Shown: positions 16,113 through 26,290 of the stretch, piece after piece
Position numbering within the stretch: the stretch's first letter is position 1
How the letters are laid out: every line of letters starts with the position of its first letter
From: Patescibacteria group bacterium
GTDB taxonomy: Bacteria > Patescibacteriota > WWE3 > UBA101185 > UBA10185
Assembly: GCA_042571445.1 (NCBI GenBank)
Contig: JBHPFT010000001.1
Location: 29,232-93,231, forward strand
Direction: 5' to 3'
DNA length: 64,000 nucleotides
Translations under genes and position numbers: made by a program
The notes under the pieces: generated by a model
What the model was told of the DNA's origin: nothing
Database searches by the model: none
The model's input: only the letters and a program-made list of their open reading frames with translations

Positions 16113-19100
16113 ATGAGAGAAACCTTTTCTGAAAGAAAAATAGCCCTTCCTATACCTAACCTTGTAGGTGTGCAATTAGAGTCATATAATTGGTTGAGAG
16201 GACAGGGTTTGAACGAAGTCCTAGATGAACTAGGAACTATTGAAGATACTTCAGGAAGAGGTTGGATTGTTAAGCTTACACACCCAAGAATAGACAAGGA
16301 GAACATCTCCGAAGAGGAGGCCAAAAGAACCGGTAGAAACTACGACGCCCCCTGGTATGTAAAAGCGACTATAGAAGATCCCATTAACAAAAAGAAAAAG
16401 AGCCATGAAATATATATGGGTGATATTCCCCTTATGACAGAAAAGGGGACTTTTGTTATTAATGGGGTAGAAAGAATCATTATTAACCAATTAATTAGGG
16501 CCGAGGGAGTTCTTTTTACAGGTGAGTATTCTCCAGTTACGGGTCAGTTTTTAGCAGGTGCTAAAGTTCTTCCAAGAAGTGGTGTTTGGTTAGAATTTGA
16601 AACATCTAGAAGGACTGGGGTGTTAACTCTTAGAATAGACAGAAAAAGGAAGATTACAGCCACAACTCTTCTTAGAATACTTGGTTTAGAAACAGACGAT
16701 GATATTAGAGATGCCTTTGCAGATGCAGAAACAAACCCAGAAATTAACTATACAGAGGCAACACTAGCTAAGGATCCTTCAAATGGCTATGATGAGGCTT
16801 GTCTTGAGGTCTACAAAAAGATGAGACCAGGAGAGCCCTTAATTCTTGAGAATGCAAAATCCCTAATAAATGCAATGTTTTTCAATAAACGAAGATATAG
16901 TTTGGGGCCGGTAGGAAGATTTAAATTAAATCAGACACTCGGTTTAGATTTTCCTAACGATCCTGAGCATAGACTTTTGCAATTAGAGGACCTCATTAAG
17001 ATTATTTCAAGAATAATTGAATTAAATAATGGTATTGGAGAGCCCTCTGATGTTGATTTCTTAGGAAATAGGAGAGTTAAGAGTATGGGAGAACTACTTC
17101 AATGGCAAATGAGAATTGGGTTTCTAAGAATGGAAAAGAACATAAAGGAAAGAATGAGCCTTGCTCCAAGAGAGATCTTACCAGATCCTTCTACTTTGAT
17201 ATCTCCAAGGGCTATTGCCGCAGCAATTCACAGCTTTTTCGCAACAGGACAGCTTTCCCAGCTACATGATCAGCAAAACCCACTTACAGCACTTGATCAC
17301 TTGAGAAGGCTTTCTGTTTTAGGACCAGGTGGTTTAACAAAAGAAAGAGCAAGTTTTTCAGTCAGAGACGTTCATAACTCCTATTTTGGAAAAGTATGCC
17401 CTGTTAGAACGCCAGAGGGTCCTAATGTTGGTCTTATTAACTATCTTTCTATGTATGCAAAGGTAAATGAGTATGGATTTTTAGAAACACCTTATATTAA
17501 GCTTAAAAAAGAGAAAAATGGAAAGGTAAGAATTACTAATAAAGTAGAGTATTTAGCTGCATATCAAGAGGCAGAGGTTACTATCACCGATCAATCAGTA
17601 AGAATTGACAACAATGGTTATATCATAGATGAACAAATTCCACTAAGAAAAGGTGGGGAATTCTTTCTTGGAGAGTCATCTGCAGCTGAATACATTGAGG
17701 TTGTTCCAAGACAGGTTCTTGGTATAGTTGCAGGCTTAGTTCCTTTTGTTCAGAATAATGAGGTTACTCGTGTAACCATGGGTACCCAACAAATGTCACA
17801 AGCAGTTCCTCTAGTTAAACCACAAAAACCAATTGTTGGTACAGGAATTGAAGCGGATGTAGCAAAAAATACTGATGCGGTAATTTATGCAGAGGGTAAT
17901 GGGGTAGTTGAGTATGCAGATTCCCAAAAGGTAATTATTAAATATTCAGGGGGTGAAAAAAATAGAAAAGTTGAGTACACCGTTGGTAAGTTTGTTCAAA
18001 GCAACAGTGACACTTGTTATAACCAGAAAGTGAAGGTAGAAACAGGCCAAAAGGTAAAAGAAGGAGATGTCTTAGCAGAAGGCCCTTCTATTGATGATGG
18101 TGAGTTGGCAATTGGTACAAACATGAGAATTGCCTACATGATTTACAGAGGTTTAGAGTATGAAGACGGTATTGTTGTCTCTGATAGATTGGTTAAGGAA
18201 GACGTTCTAACTTCTATTAGAATTTCTGATCACCCAATTAAGGTTCAGGAAACAAAGTTAGGTCCAGAAGAAATTACAAGGGATATTCCAAATGTTTCAG
18301 AGGAGATTTTAAGAAATCTTGATGAAGATGGAATTGTTGCTGTTGGTTCTAAAGTTAAATCTGGAGATATTTTAGTTGGTAAGGTAGCTCCTAAAGGTGA
18401 AGTTGACTTAACAGCTGAAGAAAGACTTCTTAGAGCTATCTTTGGTGAGAAAGCTAAAGATGTTAGAGATACTTCTTTAAGAATGCCTCATGGTGAACAC
18501 GGTACTGTCATTGGAGTAAAAAAAGTAACAAAGGAAGAAAATGATTCTCTTCCGGCAGGCACCATTGAGGAGATAACAATTTATGTTGCTCAACAGAAAA
18601 AGATTGAGGTTGGGGATAAACTCGCTGGCAGACACGGAAATAAAGGGGTAATTTCTGCAATTGTTCCTGCAATAGACATGCCAACAATGTCTGATGGCAC
18701 ATCTATGGATATTATTTTCTCTTCAGAAACAGCTCTTAGAAGAATGAATCTTGGACAGATGCTTGAGTCTTCTCTCGGTATGGCTGGTGAGAAACTTGGT
18801 AAATATTACGAGATTCCCTCTCTCCAAAAGATTCCTGAGGGGATGATTGAAGACGAACTTGGGAAGGCCGGTTATCCCGTAACGGGAAAGATGAAGCTTA
18901 TAGATGGCAGGACTGGGGAATATTTTGATAATCCTATTGTTGTTGGATCCGCCTATATTTTGAAACTTGTACACATGAGTGAAGAAAAGATGCACGCCAG
19001 AGCAACAGGTCCTTACTCTTTGATTACTCAGCAACCACTTGGTGGAAAGGCACAGTTTGGTGGACAGAGATTTGGTGAGATGGAAGTATGGGCACTAGAA

Positions 19101-19424
19101 TCATATGGTGCTGCACACATTCTTCAAGAGATGTTAACAATCAAATCTGATGACATGCTAGGTAGAGTTCAGGCATATAGTGCTATGGTTCAGGGAAATG
19201 AGATTCCAGGACCAACAGTTCCTGAAACATTCAAGCTTTTAATTAGAAAGTTAAATGGTTTGGGTTTGGCCTTAGAAGCATACTCTGTTGAAAAGAGTTC
19301 TGAGGAAGAGAAGACAGGAAAAAATGAAGAGATACAGGAGATCTTGGAGGAGCCAAAAGAGGGAATAGATAAAGAGGATTTAGAAAGTTTATCTGAAAAA
19401 ACTTTAGAAAAGGAACAAAAATGA
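16113..19424 (+). CDS. rpoB: RNA polymerase beta subunit
   Basis: GTFVINGVER, RRLSVLGPGGL, GDKLAGRHGNKG, GGQRFGEMEVWALE. Confidence 0.99.
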   Translation: MRETFSERKIALPIPNLVGVQLESYNWLRGQGLNEVLDELGTIEDTSGRGWIVKLTHPRIDKENISEEEAKRTGRNYDAPWYVKATIEDPINKKKKSHEIYMGDIPLMTEKGTFVINGVERIIINQLIRAEGVLFTGEYSPVTGQFLAGAKVLPRSGVWLEFETSRRTGVLTLRIDRKRKITATTLLRILGLETDDDIRDAFADAETNPEINYTEATLAKDPSNGYDEACLEVYKKMRPGEPLILENAKSLINAMFFNKRRYSLGPVGRFKLNQTLGLDFPNDPEHRLLQLEDLIKIISRIIELNNGIGEPSDVDFLGNRRVKSMGELLQWQMRIGFLRMEKNIKERMSLAPREILPDPSTLISPRAIAAAIHSFFATGQLSQLHDQQNPLTALDHLRRLSVLGPGGLTKERASFSVRDVHNSYFGKVCPVRTPEGPNVGLINYLSMYAKVNEYGFLETPYIKLKKEKNGKVRITNKVEYLAAYQEAEVTITDQSVRIDNNGYIIDEQIPLRKGGEFFLGESSAAEYIEVVPRQVLGIVAGLVPFVQNNEVTRVTMGTQQMSQAVPLVKPQKPIVGTGIEADVAKNTDAVIYAEGNGVVEYADSQKVIIKYSGGEKNRKVEYTVGKFVQSNSDTCYNQKVKVETGQKVKEGDVLAEGPSIDDGELAIGTNMRIAYMIYRGLEYEDGIVVSDRLVKEDVLTSIRISDHPIKVQETKLGPEEITRDIPNVSEEILRNLDEDGIVAVGSKVKSGDILVGKVAPKGEVDLTAEERLLRAIFGEKAKDVRDTSLRMPHGEHGTVIGVKKVTKEENDSLPAGTIEEITIYVAQQKKIEVGDKLAGRHGNKGVISAIVPAIDMPTMSDGTSMDIIFSSETALRRMNLGQMLESSLGMAGEKLGKYYEIPSLQKIPEGMIEDELGKAGYPVTGKMKLIDGRTGEYFDNPIVVGSAYILKLVHMSEEKMHARATGPYSLITQQPLGGKAQFGGQRFGEMEVWALESYGAAHILQEMLTIKSDDMLGRVQAYSAMVQGNEIPGPTVPETFKLLIRKLNGLGLALEAYSVEKSSEEEKTGKNEEIQEILEEPKEGIDKEDLESLSEKTLEKEQK

Positions 19425-22400
19425 AAGATATAAATAAACTAAAAGATTTTGATGCTTTAAGAATATATCTTGCTTCAAGCGAGGAGATTCTTGGTTGGTC
19501 TTATGGTGAGGTTACAAAGCCAGAAACAATAAACTATAGAACATATAAGTCAGAAAGAGACGGCCTTTTCGATGAGAGAATATTTGGGCCATCAAAAAAT
19601 TACGAGTGTTATTGTGGAAAATATAAAGGTATTAGATATAAAGGCGTAGTTTGTGATAAGTGTGGCGTTGAGGTCACTCACAGTAGAGTAAGAAGAGAAA
19701 GAATGGGGCACATCACATTAGCATGTCCTGTTGCCCATGTATGGTTTTTTAAAGGCATTCCATCAAAAATGGCACTTCTTTTAAGTATCACTCCTAGAAA
19801 TGTTGAATCAGTTGTATACTTTGCTTCATTTATTGTTACAGAGGTAAATCCAGAGAAGAAAGCCAAAGCAATAAGTCAGGTTGCAAAAGACTCAGAAGCA
19901 GCAAGAAACGTTGTACAGAAAGAACTTGATGGTGAAACAGAGAAGCTTCAAAAAGAGCTAGAGAAGGTTTTAAAGCAAAAAGATGAGCTAAAAGCAAAAG
20001 AAGAGAGCCTAAAGATGAAACAAAAAATTCAGGCTCTAAAGAGTGCATATGATAAGAAATTTGAAGAGCAGGAAAAGAGATTTAAACTTATTCAAAAGAA
20101 AATAGAGAGTGTTGGGATGTACGCTATAATCTCAGAGAACGAATATATTTCCCTATATAGTTACTTAAATAAGTTCTGCAAACTAGAAATTGGTGCTAGT
20201 GCTCTTCAGGGAATTCTTGAGAGCATGGATTTAAACGCCATCTCAGAGCAGTTAAGGGAAGACCTTCATAAGGCGAAAGGCCAAAAAGCTCAAAAGATAA
20301 CAAAGAGACTTGGAGTTATTGAGAAATTTAGAAAAGCAAACATTTCTCCCGACAGAATGATCATGGAAGTTATTCCAGTAATTCCTCCTGATTTAAGACC
20401 AATGGTTCAGCTAGATGGTGGCAGGTTTGCAACATCTGATCTTAATGATTTATATAGAAGACTTATTAATAGAAATAATAGACTTAAGAGACTTTTAGAT
20501 CTTGGTGCACCAGAGATTATTGTTAGAAATGAAAAAAGAATGTTGCAGGAATCAGTTGATGCTTTGTTTGACGATTCAAAGAGAAGAAAGAAGTCAAGGC
20601 CATCAAGAAGAAAGCAACTAAGATCTCTTGCTAGCATGATAAAAGGAAAGCAAGGTATTTTCAGACTTAACTTACTTGGTAAGAGGGTTGACTATTCAGG
20701 AAGGGCTGTAATTATTGGAGGACCTAAACTGAAACTTGATGAATGTGGTATTCCAAAAGATATGGCACTTGAGTTATTTAAGCCTATGGTTTTGAGAGAA
20801 ATTTTGGCAAGAGGGTATGCCCCCAATGTTAAGAGTGCTAAATACTACTTAGAAGGAAAATCTCCTGAAGTTTGGGATATCTTAGAGGAGGTTGTTGAAG
20901 GGCACCCAGTTCTTTTGAATAGAGCCCCAACACTTTGGAGGCTTGGTATTCAGGCTTTTTATCCAAAACTTATCGAAGGTAACGCTATTAGGCTCCATCT
21001 ATGTGTATGTGCTGGATTTAATGCTGACTTTGATGGTGACCAAATGGCAGTACACATTCCTTTGTCTGAGGAGGCAAAAAAAGAGGCAAAAGAGCTTATG
21101 ATATCAACAAATAACCTACTTAGACCATCAGACGGTTCGCCAATCTCTGTACCGTCAAAGATAATGCTATTTGGTGTTTACTACTTAACTTCCATTGATG
21201 ATACCCTTCCTCTCTTTGAGAGACCTTTCGCGTCTGAGGATGAACTAATGTATGCCTGCGATATTACAAGAGAGGTTGGACTTAGGCAGAAGGCTAGGTT
21301 ACTAATGGACGGTGAACTAGTGGAAATAACTCCTGGAAGAATAATTTTCAATAGAATTGTGCCAGAAGGCTTTGGTTTTATAAACGAAACTATGGACAAA
21401 ACACGTGCTACCGATCTTCTTACAAGAGCACTAAGTAGTAATAACAAGGAAATAATCATTAAACTTATAGATGACGTTAAGAACATGGGACTTAAGTACG
21501 GAACTGATTGTGGTCAATCAGTCTCACTCTCTGACATTGATATTCCAGAGAGTAGAGTAAAGATTATTGATGCTGGTAAACAACAAGTTGCTGAATTCGA
21601 TAGTTACTTTAAGAGGGGTTTAATCACTATAGAGGAGGCAAGAACTAAAAAGAAAGATGTTTGGACTAATGTTAGATCCGAGTTGGACGATGCAGTGTGG
21701 GAAACTATGGATAAGCACAATCCTATAAAATCCCTTGTTATATCAGGTACAACTAAGACCTCAAGAGATCAGATTAACCAGCTAGCAGGTATGAAGGGTC
21801 TTGTTATGGATCCTACAGGAAAGGTTGTCGAAACTCCTATCCTTGGAAACTTTAAGGAAGGGCTTTCCGCATTTGAGTATTTTATTGGCTCTCGAGGTGC
21901 TAGAAAAGGACTTGTTGACAGAGGTCTTAAAACTGCTGATGCAGGTTATCTAACTAGGAGACTTGTTGACGTATGCCAGGATATGATTGTCAGACAAGCT
22001 GATTGTGGCACCGAAGAAGGACGTGAAATGGAAGTTGGGAAAGGAACTCTTCTTCAAACCTTCACAGAAAGAGTAATTGGTAGGGCGCTGGCTCAAAGCG
22101 TTAAAAAAGGCTCTAAAACTATCGTTAAAAAGGGCACACTCTTAACAGTAAAGGACATATTAGAGATAGAGAAATCTGGAGCAAAATCTATCTTTATTAG
22201 ATCCCCAATGCATTGTGAGACAAGAAGAGGTATTTGTTCTATATGTTATGGTACTGATTTAATGACAGGTAAACTTGTTGAAGTTGGAAGTGCAGTTGGA
22301 GTAGCAGCAGCTCAGTCAATTGGAGAGCCTGGTGCACAGCTTACAATGAAGACATTCCACACAGGGGGTATTGCAGGCAAGGATATTACTCAAGGTCTTC

Positions 22401-23095
22401 CAAGGGTTGAGGAGCTAGTTGAGGCGAGAGCACCTAAGCTTTTATCTGTTATGGCTGAGATCACTGGTATAGCAAAGGTAGAAAAGAATGGTGATGAGAG
22501 AAAAATATTAATAATTCCTTCAGATTCTGGTGAGGAAAAAGTTGAATATCTTGTGGATCCTGTTGAAGAAATAATTATTAAAGATGGAGAACTCGTTGTT
22601 AAGGGTCAGAAACTAACAAGTGGAAACCTAAACCTTGCAGATTTGTATAGGACTGTTGGTGTTGATGAGACTAAGAAATATGTTATTGAAGAGATTCAGA
22701 ATGTTTATGCATCTCAAGGTGTTGCTTTAAATGATAAACACCTAGAAGTTGTTGTGAGCCAGATGTTTAACCATGTTAAGATAGAGGATCCCGGTGACAC
22801 AGAGTTTATGACAGGGGAACTTTCTACAAGAGCAAGCTTTGACGAAGAAGCAGAAAGAGTGTTGGCTAGCGGTGGGGCACCTGCGACAGGTAAGCTTGTG
22901 ATGCTGGGTATTACTAAAGCTGCATTAAAGACAGATAGTTGGTTATCAGCGGCCTCATTTATTCATACAAGTAACGTACTTACTGATGCTGCTTGTTCTG
23001 GAAGAGTAGATAATCTCGCAGGACTGAAAGAAAACGTAATTATTGGTAGACTAATCCCAACAGGAGAAAGAGCTATACCTGATTCTGAGGAATAA
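19421..23095 (+). CDS. rpoC: RNA polymerase beta-prime subunit
   Basis: KPETINYRT, Zn ribbon, LLGKRVDYSGR, NADFDGDQM, GLKENVIIGRLIP. Confidence 0.99.
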   Translation: MKDINKLKDFDALRIYLASSEEILGWSYGEVTKPETINYRTYKSERDGLFDERIFGPSKNYECYCGKYKGIRYKGVVCDKCGVEVTHSRVRRERMGHITLACPVAHVWFFKGIPSKMALLLSITPRNVESVVYFASFIVTEVNPEKKAKAISQVAKDSEAARNVVQKELDGETEKLQKELEKVLKQKDELKAKEESLKMKQKIQALKSAYDKKFEEQEKRFKLIQKKIESVGMYAIISENEYISLYSYLNKFCKLEIGASALQGILESMDLNAISEQLREDLHKAKGQKAQKITKRLGVIEKFRKANISPDRMIMEVIPVIPPDLRPMVQLDGGRFATSDLNDLYRRLINRNNRLKRLLDLGAPEIIVRNEKRMLQESVDALFDDSKRRKKSRPSRRKQLRSLASMIKGKQGIFRLNLLGKRVDYSGRAVIIGGPKLKLDECGIPKDMALELFKPMVLREILARGYAPNVKSAKYYLEGKSPEVWDILEEVVEGHPVLLNRAPTLWRLGIQAFYPKLIEGNAIRLHLCVCAGFNADFDGDQMAVHIPLSEEAKKEAKELMISTNNLLRPSDGSPISVPSKIMLFGVYYLTSIDDTLPLFERPFASEDELMYACDITREVGLRQKARLLMDGELVEITPGRIIFNRIVPEGFGFINETMDKTRATDLLTRALSSNNKEIIIKLIDDVKNMGLKYGTDCGQSVSLSDIDIPESRVKIIDAGKQQVAEFDSYFKRGLITIEEARTKKKDVWTNVRSELDDAVWETMDKHNPIKSLVISGTTKTSRDQINQLAGMKGLVMDPTGKVVETPILGNFKEGLSAFEYFIGSRGARKGLVDRGLKTADAGYLTRRLVDVCQDMIVRQADCGTEEGREMEVGKGTLLQTFTERVIGRALAQSVKKGSKTIVKKGTLLTVKDILEIEKSGAKSIFIRSPMHCETRRGICSICYGTDLMTGKLVEVGSAVGVAAAQSIGEPGAQLTMKTFHTGGIAGKDITQGLPRVEELVEARAPKLLSVMAEITGIAKVEKNGDERKILIIPSDSGEEKVEYLVDPVEEIIIKDGELVVKGQKLTSGNLNLADLYRTVGVDETKKYVIEEIQNVYASQGVALNDKHLEVVVSQMFNHVKIEDPGDTEFMTGELSTRASFDEEAERVLASGGAPATGKLVMLGITKAALKTDSWLSAASFIHTSNVLTDAACSGRVDNLAGLKENVIIGRLIPTGERAIPDSEE

Positions 23096-23098
23096 TAT

Positions 23099-23512
23099 AT
23101 GCCTACAACAAATCAATTAATAAAGAAAAAAAGAAGAAAAAAGGTAAAAAAAGCCTCTACACCGGCTTTGAAAGAGCATTTTAATACAAAATTTAGAAAA
23201 GTTGTTAGATTTCCTTCTCCTTTAAAGAGAGGTGTTATTCTTCAGGTTAGAACACTAACCCCTAAAAAACCTAACTCAGCACTAAGAAAAGCCGCAAGGG
23301 TGAGGCTTTCAAATGGTAGAGAAGTTACAGCATACATTCCTGGTGAGGGACACAATCTTCAAGAACACTCTGTTGTCTTAGTAAAAGGCGGTAAAGTTCA
23401 AGATCTTCCTGGTATTAAATATGAAATTGTTAGAGGGACGCTTGATCTTTCTGGAGTATTAGACAGAAAGAGTAGCAGATCAATTTATGGAACAAGAAAG
23501 CCAAAGGAGTAA
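23099..23512 (+). CDS. rpsL: 30S ribosomal protein S12
   Basis: [31 protein letters not shown]. Confidence 0.98.
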   Translation: MPTTNQLIKKKRRKKVKKASTPALKEHFNTKFRKVVRFPSPLKRGVILQVRTLTPKKPNSALRKAARVRLSNGREVTAYIPGEGHNLQEHSVVLVKGGKVQDLPGIKYEIVRGTLDLSGVLDRKSSRSIYGTRKPKE

Positions 23513-23515
23513 CAA

Positions 23516-23983
23516 ATGAGGGGAAGACGGGCAAAGAAGAGACAAATAATTCCTGATTCTGTTCACAAGTCCAGAGTTGTAACTAGAATGATTAATGTTG
23601 TTATGGAGAAAGGTAAGAAGTCTATTGCACAAAATATTGTTTATGGTGCTATTGAAAAGCTTTCTGAGGATCCAAAGGAAGCTCTAAAGATATTTGAAGA
23701 AGCTATTAAAAAGGTTATGCCCCAACAGGAAGTTAGGTCTAGAAGAGTTGGTGGAGCAACATATCAGGTACCTATGCCCTTAAAACATGATAGATCTGAG
23801 GCTTTAGCAATTAGATGGATTATAAATGCTGCAAGATCAAAGTCCGGAAAACCTATGGCAGACAAGCTTTTCGAGGAATTGAAGAACGCCCATGAGGGTA
23901 TTGGTGACTCAATTAAGAAGAAAGAGGACACTCATAAAATGGCTGAGGCCAACAGAGCTTTTGCCCATTTTGCTAGATATTAA
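23516..23983 (+). CDS. rpsG: 30S ribosomal protein S7
   Basis: SRRVGGATYQVP, HKMAEANRAFAH. Confidence 0.98.
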   Translation: MRGRRAKKRQIIPDSVHKSRVVTRMINVVMEKGKKSIAQNIVYGAIEKLSEDPKEALKIFEEAIKKVMPQQEVRSRRVGGATYQVPMPLKHDRSEALAIRWIINAARSKSGKPMADKLFEELKNAHEGIGDSIKKKEDTHKMAEANRAFAHFARY

Positions 23984-24019
23984 AGTAATTTCCATGTATA
24001 TTTTTAAAGACTAATAAGT

Positions 24020-26107
24020 ATGGCAGAAGAAATTAAAACAAAAAAATATCCCCTAGAAAAAATCCGAAATATCGGGATTATTGCCCATATAGATGCAGGT
24101 AAAACCACTACTACTGAAAGAATCCTTTACTATACTGGTAAAACTTACAAGATTGGAGATATTGATGAGGGCACCACAGTAACAGATTGGATGGATCAGG
24201 AAAGAGAACGAGGTATAACAATTCAATCTGCTGCAATCACAACTTTTTGGAAAGATCACAGAATAAATATTATTGATACCCCAGGACATGTTGACTTCAC
24301 TGCAGAAGTTGAAAGATCTTTACGAGTGCTTGATGGTGGGGTAATCCTTTTAGATGGTTCACAAGGGGTTGAACCTCAATCAGAGACTGTTTATAGACAA
24401 GCCCAAAAGTATGATGTTCCCCTTCTTTTCTTCATAAATAAGCTAGATAAGGTTGGTGGAGATTTTTATATGTCAGTAGCATCAATTTCTGAAAAGCTTA
24501 CCGAAAAAGCTCTTCCTATTCAGGTCCCTATCGGTAGAGAGGGAGATTTCACTGGAATGGTGGATCTAATCAAGATGAAGGCCTATAAGTTTGAAGGAAA
24601 ACTTGGTGAAGAGGTTATCGAATATGAAATTCCAGAAGAGTTGATGGATAAAGTTAAGGAGTACAGAAAAGCAATGATGGAAAGAGTTGCAGAAGCTGAT
24701 GATAAGTTGATTGAGAAGTATTTAGGTGGACAGGACCTAACTGAGGAGGAGATAAAATCAGGATTAAGAAAGCTAACTATAGAAGCTAAAGTTTATCCTA
24801 CCTTTTGTGGCTCTTCACTTCATAACAAAGGAGCTCAGAAACTGTTAGATGGCGTCATTGATTACTTACCCTCCCCAAAGGATAAACCACCTGTTATGGG
24901 TATAGAAGAGAAGTCTGAGAAGCAATTTGAACTTCCTGCAGATGAGGAAGGTCCTTTTGCTGGTCTCGCTTTTAAAGTTCAGACCGACCCTTATGTTGGA
25001 AGACTTACATATTTTAGAGTCTACTCTGGAAAAGCCACAGCAGGCTCATATATTTACAATGCTACAACTGGAGAAAAAGAAAGACTCGGAAGAATAATTT
25101 TAATGCATGCCAATAAAAGAGAAGAGATAAAAGAGGTTACAGCAGGTGAAATTGCTGCAGCTGTAGGAATAAAAGCTACAACTGGAGATACACTTTGTAG
25201 TGAAGATAAACCTATTCTTTTGGATAAAATTAGTTTTGCTAAGCCTGTTATTGGTGTAGCTATAGAGCCGAAAACTAAATCTGACAAAGATAAAATGGGT
25301 GAGGTTATTAAGAAGTTTTTAGAGGAAGATCCCACGCTTGAGGTGAAAACTAACAACGAAACAGGTCAAACGCTTTTGTATGGTATGGGAGAGCTTCATC
25401 TTGAGATTATTGTTGATCGAATGAGACGAGAGTTTAAGTTGGAGGTAAATACAGGTAAGCCTCAGGTTGCATACAGAGAGACAGTTAGAAATGCTGTAGA
25501 TAAGGAAGGAAAGTATATTAGACAAACTGGTGGTAGGGGTCAGTATGGCCATGTTGTTATTAAGGTGGAGCCTTTAGAACGAGGAGAAGGTTTTGAGTTT
25601 GTAGACAAGGTTGTTGGAGGAAATATTCCAAAAGAGTATATTCCAGCTGTAGAAAAAGGTATAAAGGAAGCTGCTGAAAATGGCACTATAGCAGGATATC
25701 CTTTAGTTGATTTCAGAGTAACTTTGTATGATGGATCTTTCCACGAAGTTGACTCTTCTGAGATGGCCTTCAAGATGGCAGCTATTTCTGCTTTAAGAAT
25801 GGCCCAAAGAGCTGCTGATTCCTTCATTTTGGAACCAATAATGAAAGCAGAGGTAGTAGTTCCTGAGGAATACATGGGAGATGTTATTGGTAATCTTTCC
25901 TCAAAAAGAGGTAAGATTGAAGGAACTGAGTCTAGAGGAAAAGCTGTTATTATCTCAGCTAAGGTTCCTCTTGCAGAAATGTTTGGGTATGCAACTGAGC
26001 TTAGGGGGATGACTCAAGGAAGAGGATCCTCTACAATGGAACCCAGTCACTATCAAGAAGTTCCTGCAAATATTGCAGAACAGATTGTTAGTGGAGCTCA
26101 GAGTTAA
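24020..26107 (+). CDS. fusA: elongation factor G
   Basis: AHIDAGKTT, ERGITI, DTPGHVDF, GMGELHL, HEVDSSEMAF. Confidence 0.99.
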   Translation: MAEEIKTKKYPLEKIRNIGIIAHIDAGKTTTTERILYYTGKTYKIGDIDEGTTVTDWMDQERERGITIQSAAITTFWKDHRINIIDTPGHVDFTAEVERSLRVLDGGVILLDGSQGVEPQSETVYRQAQKYDVPLLFFINKLDKVGGDFYMSVASISEKLTEKALPIQVPIGREGDFTGMVDLIKMKAYKFEGKLGEEVIEYEIPEELMDKVKEYRKAMMERVAEADDKLIEKYLGGQDLTEEEIKSGLRKLTIEAKVYPTFCGSSLHNKGAQKLLDGVIDYLPSPKDKPPVMGIEEKSEKQFELPADEEGPFAGLAFKVQTDPYVGRLTYFRVYSGKATAGSYIYNATTGEKERLGRIILMHANKREEIKEVTAGEIAAAVGIKATTGDTLCSEDKPILLDKISFAKPVIGVAIEPKTKSDKDKMGEVIKKFLEEDPTLEVKTNNETGQTLLYGMGELHLEIIVDRMRREFKLEVNTGKPQVAYRETVRNAVDKEGKYIRQTGGRGQYGHVVIKVEPLERGEGFEFVDKVVGGNIPKEYIPAVEKGIKEAAENGTIAGYPLVDFRVTLYDGSFHEVDSSEMAFKMAAISALRMAQRAADSFILEPIMKAEVVVPEEYMGDVIGNLSSKRGKIEGTESRGKAVIISAKVPLAEMFGYATELRGMTQGRGSSTMEPSHYQEVPANIAEQIVSGAQS

Positions 26108-26184
26108 GTGTAGTTAAAGGAAAAAGTCTTGATTTTTAAGTCTTTATTTGATTAACTATCACTTGCTTAAGTACTTATTTTTGG

Positions 26185-26290
26185 CCTAATAGCACCGTTC
26201 CGAACGTCAGCGAGCGTTCTTTAACAAAAGAACCTTCGCAAAACGTGCAGAATGGCTGTTAAAAGGAAAACAGTTTATTTACTGAAAGGA
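26185..26290 (+). promoter_or_regulatory. candidate structured RNA leader upstream of tuf
   Basis: GC-enriched island in a 191-nt spacer with nested stems GTTCTTT/AAAGAAC, GCGA/TCGC, GCAC/GTGC, TAATAGC/GCTGTTA and CAGT/ACTG abutting the SD. Confidence 0.45.

Noticed and set aside
17235-17335. Rifampicin resistance via RpoB cluster I
   Set aside because: Q513, D516, H526, R529, S531 and L533 equivalents are retained (QLHDQQNPLTALDHLRRLSVL); no classic resistance allele in this cluster.
26180-26270. Possible tRNA, SRP or 6S RNA upstream of tuf
   Set aside because: No GTTCRA T-loop, cloverleaf or CCA, and no SRP helix-8 motif; kept only as an unknown structured leader.
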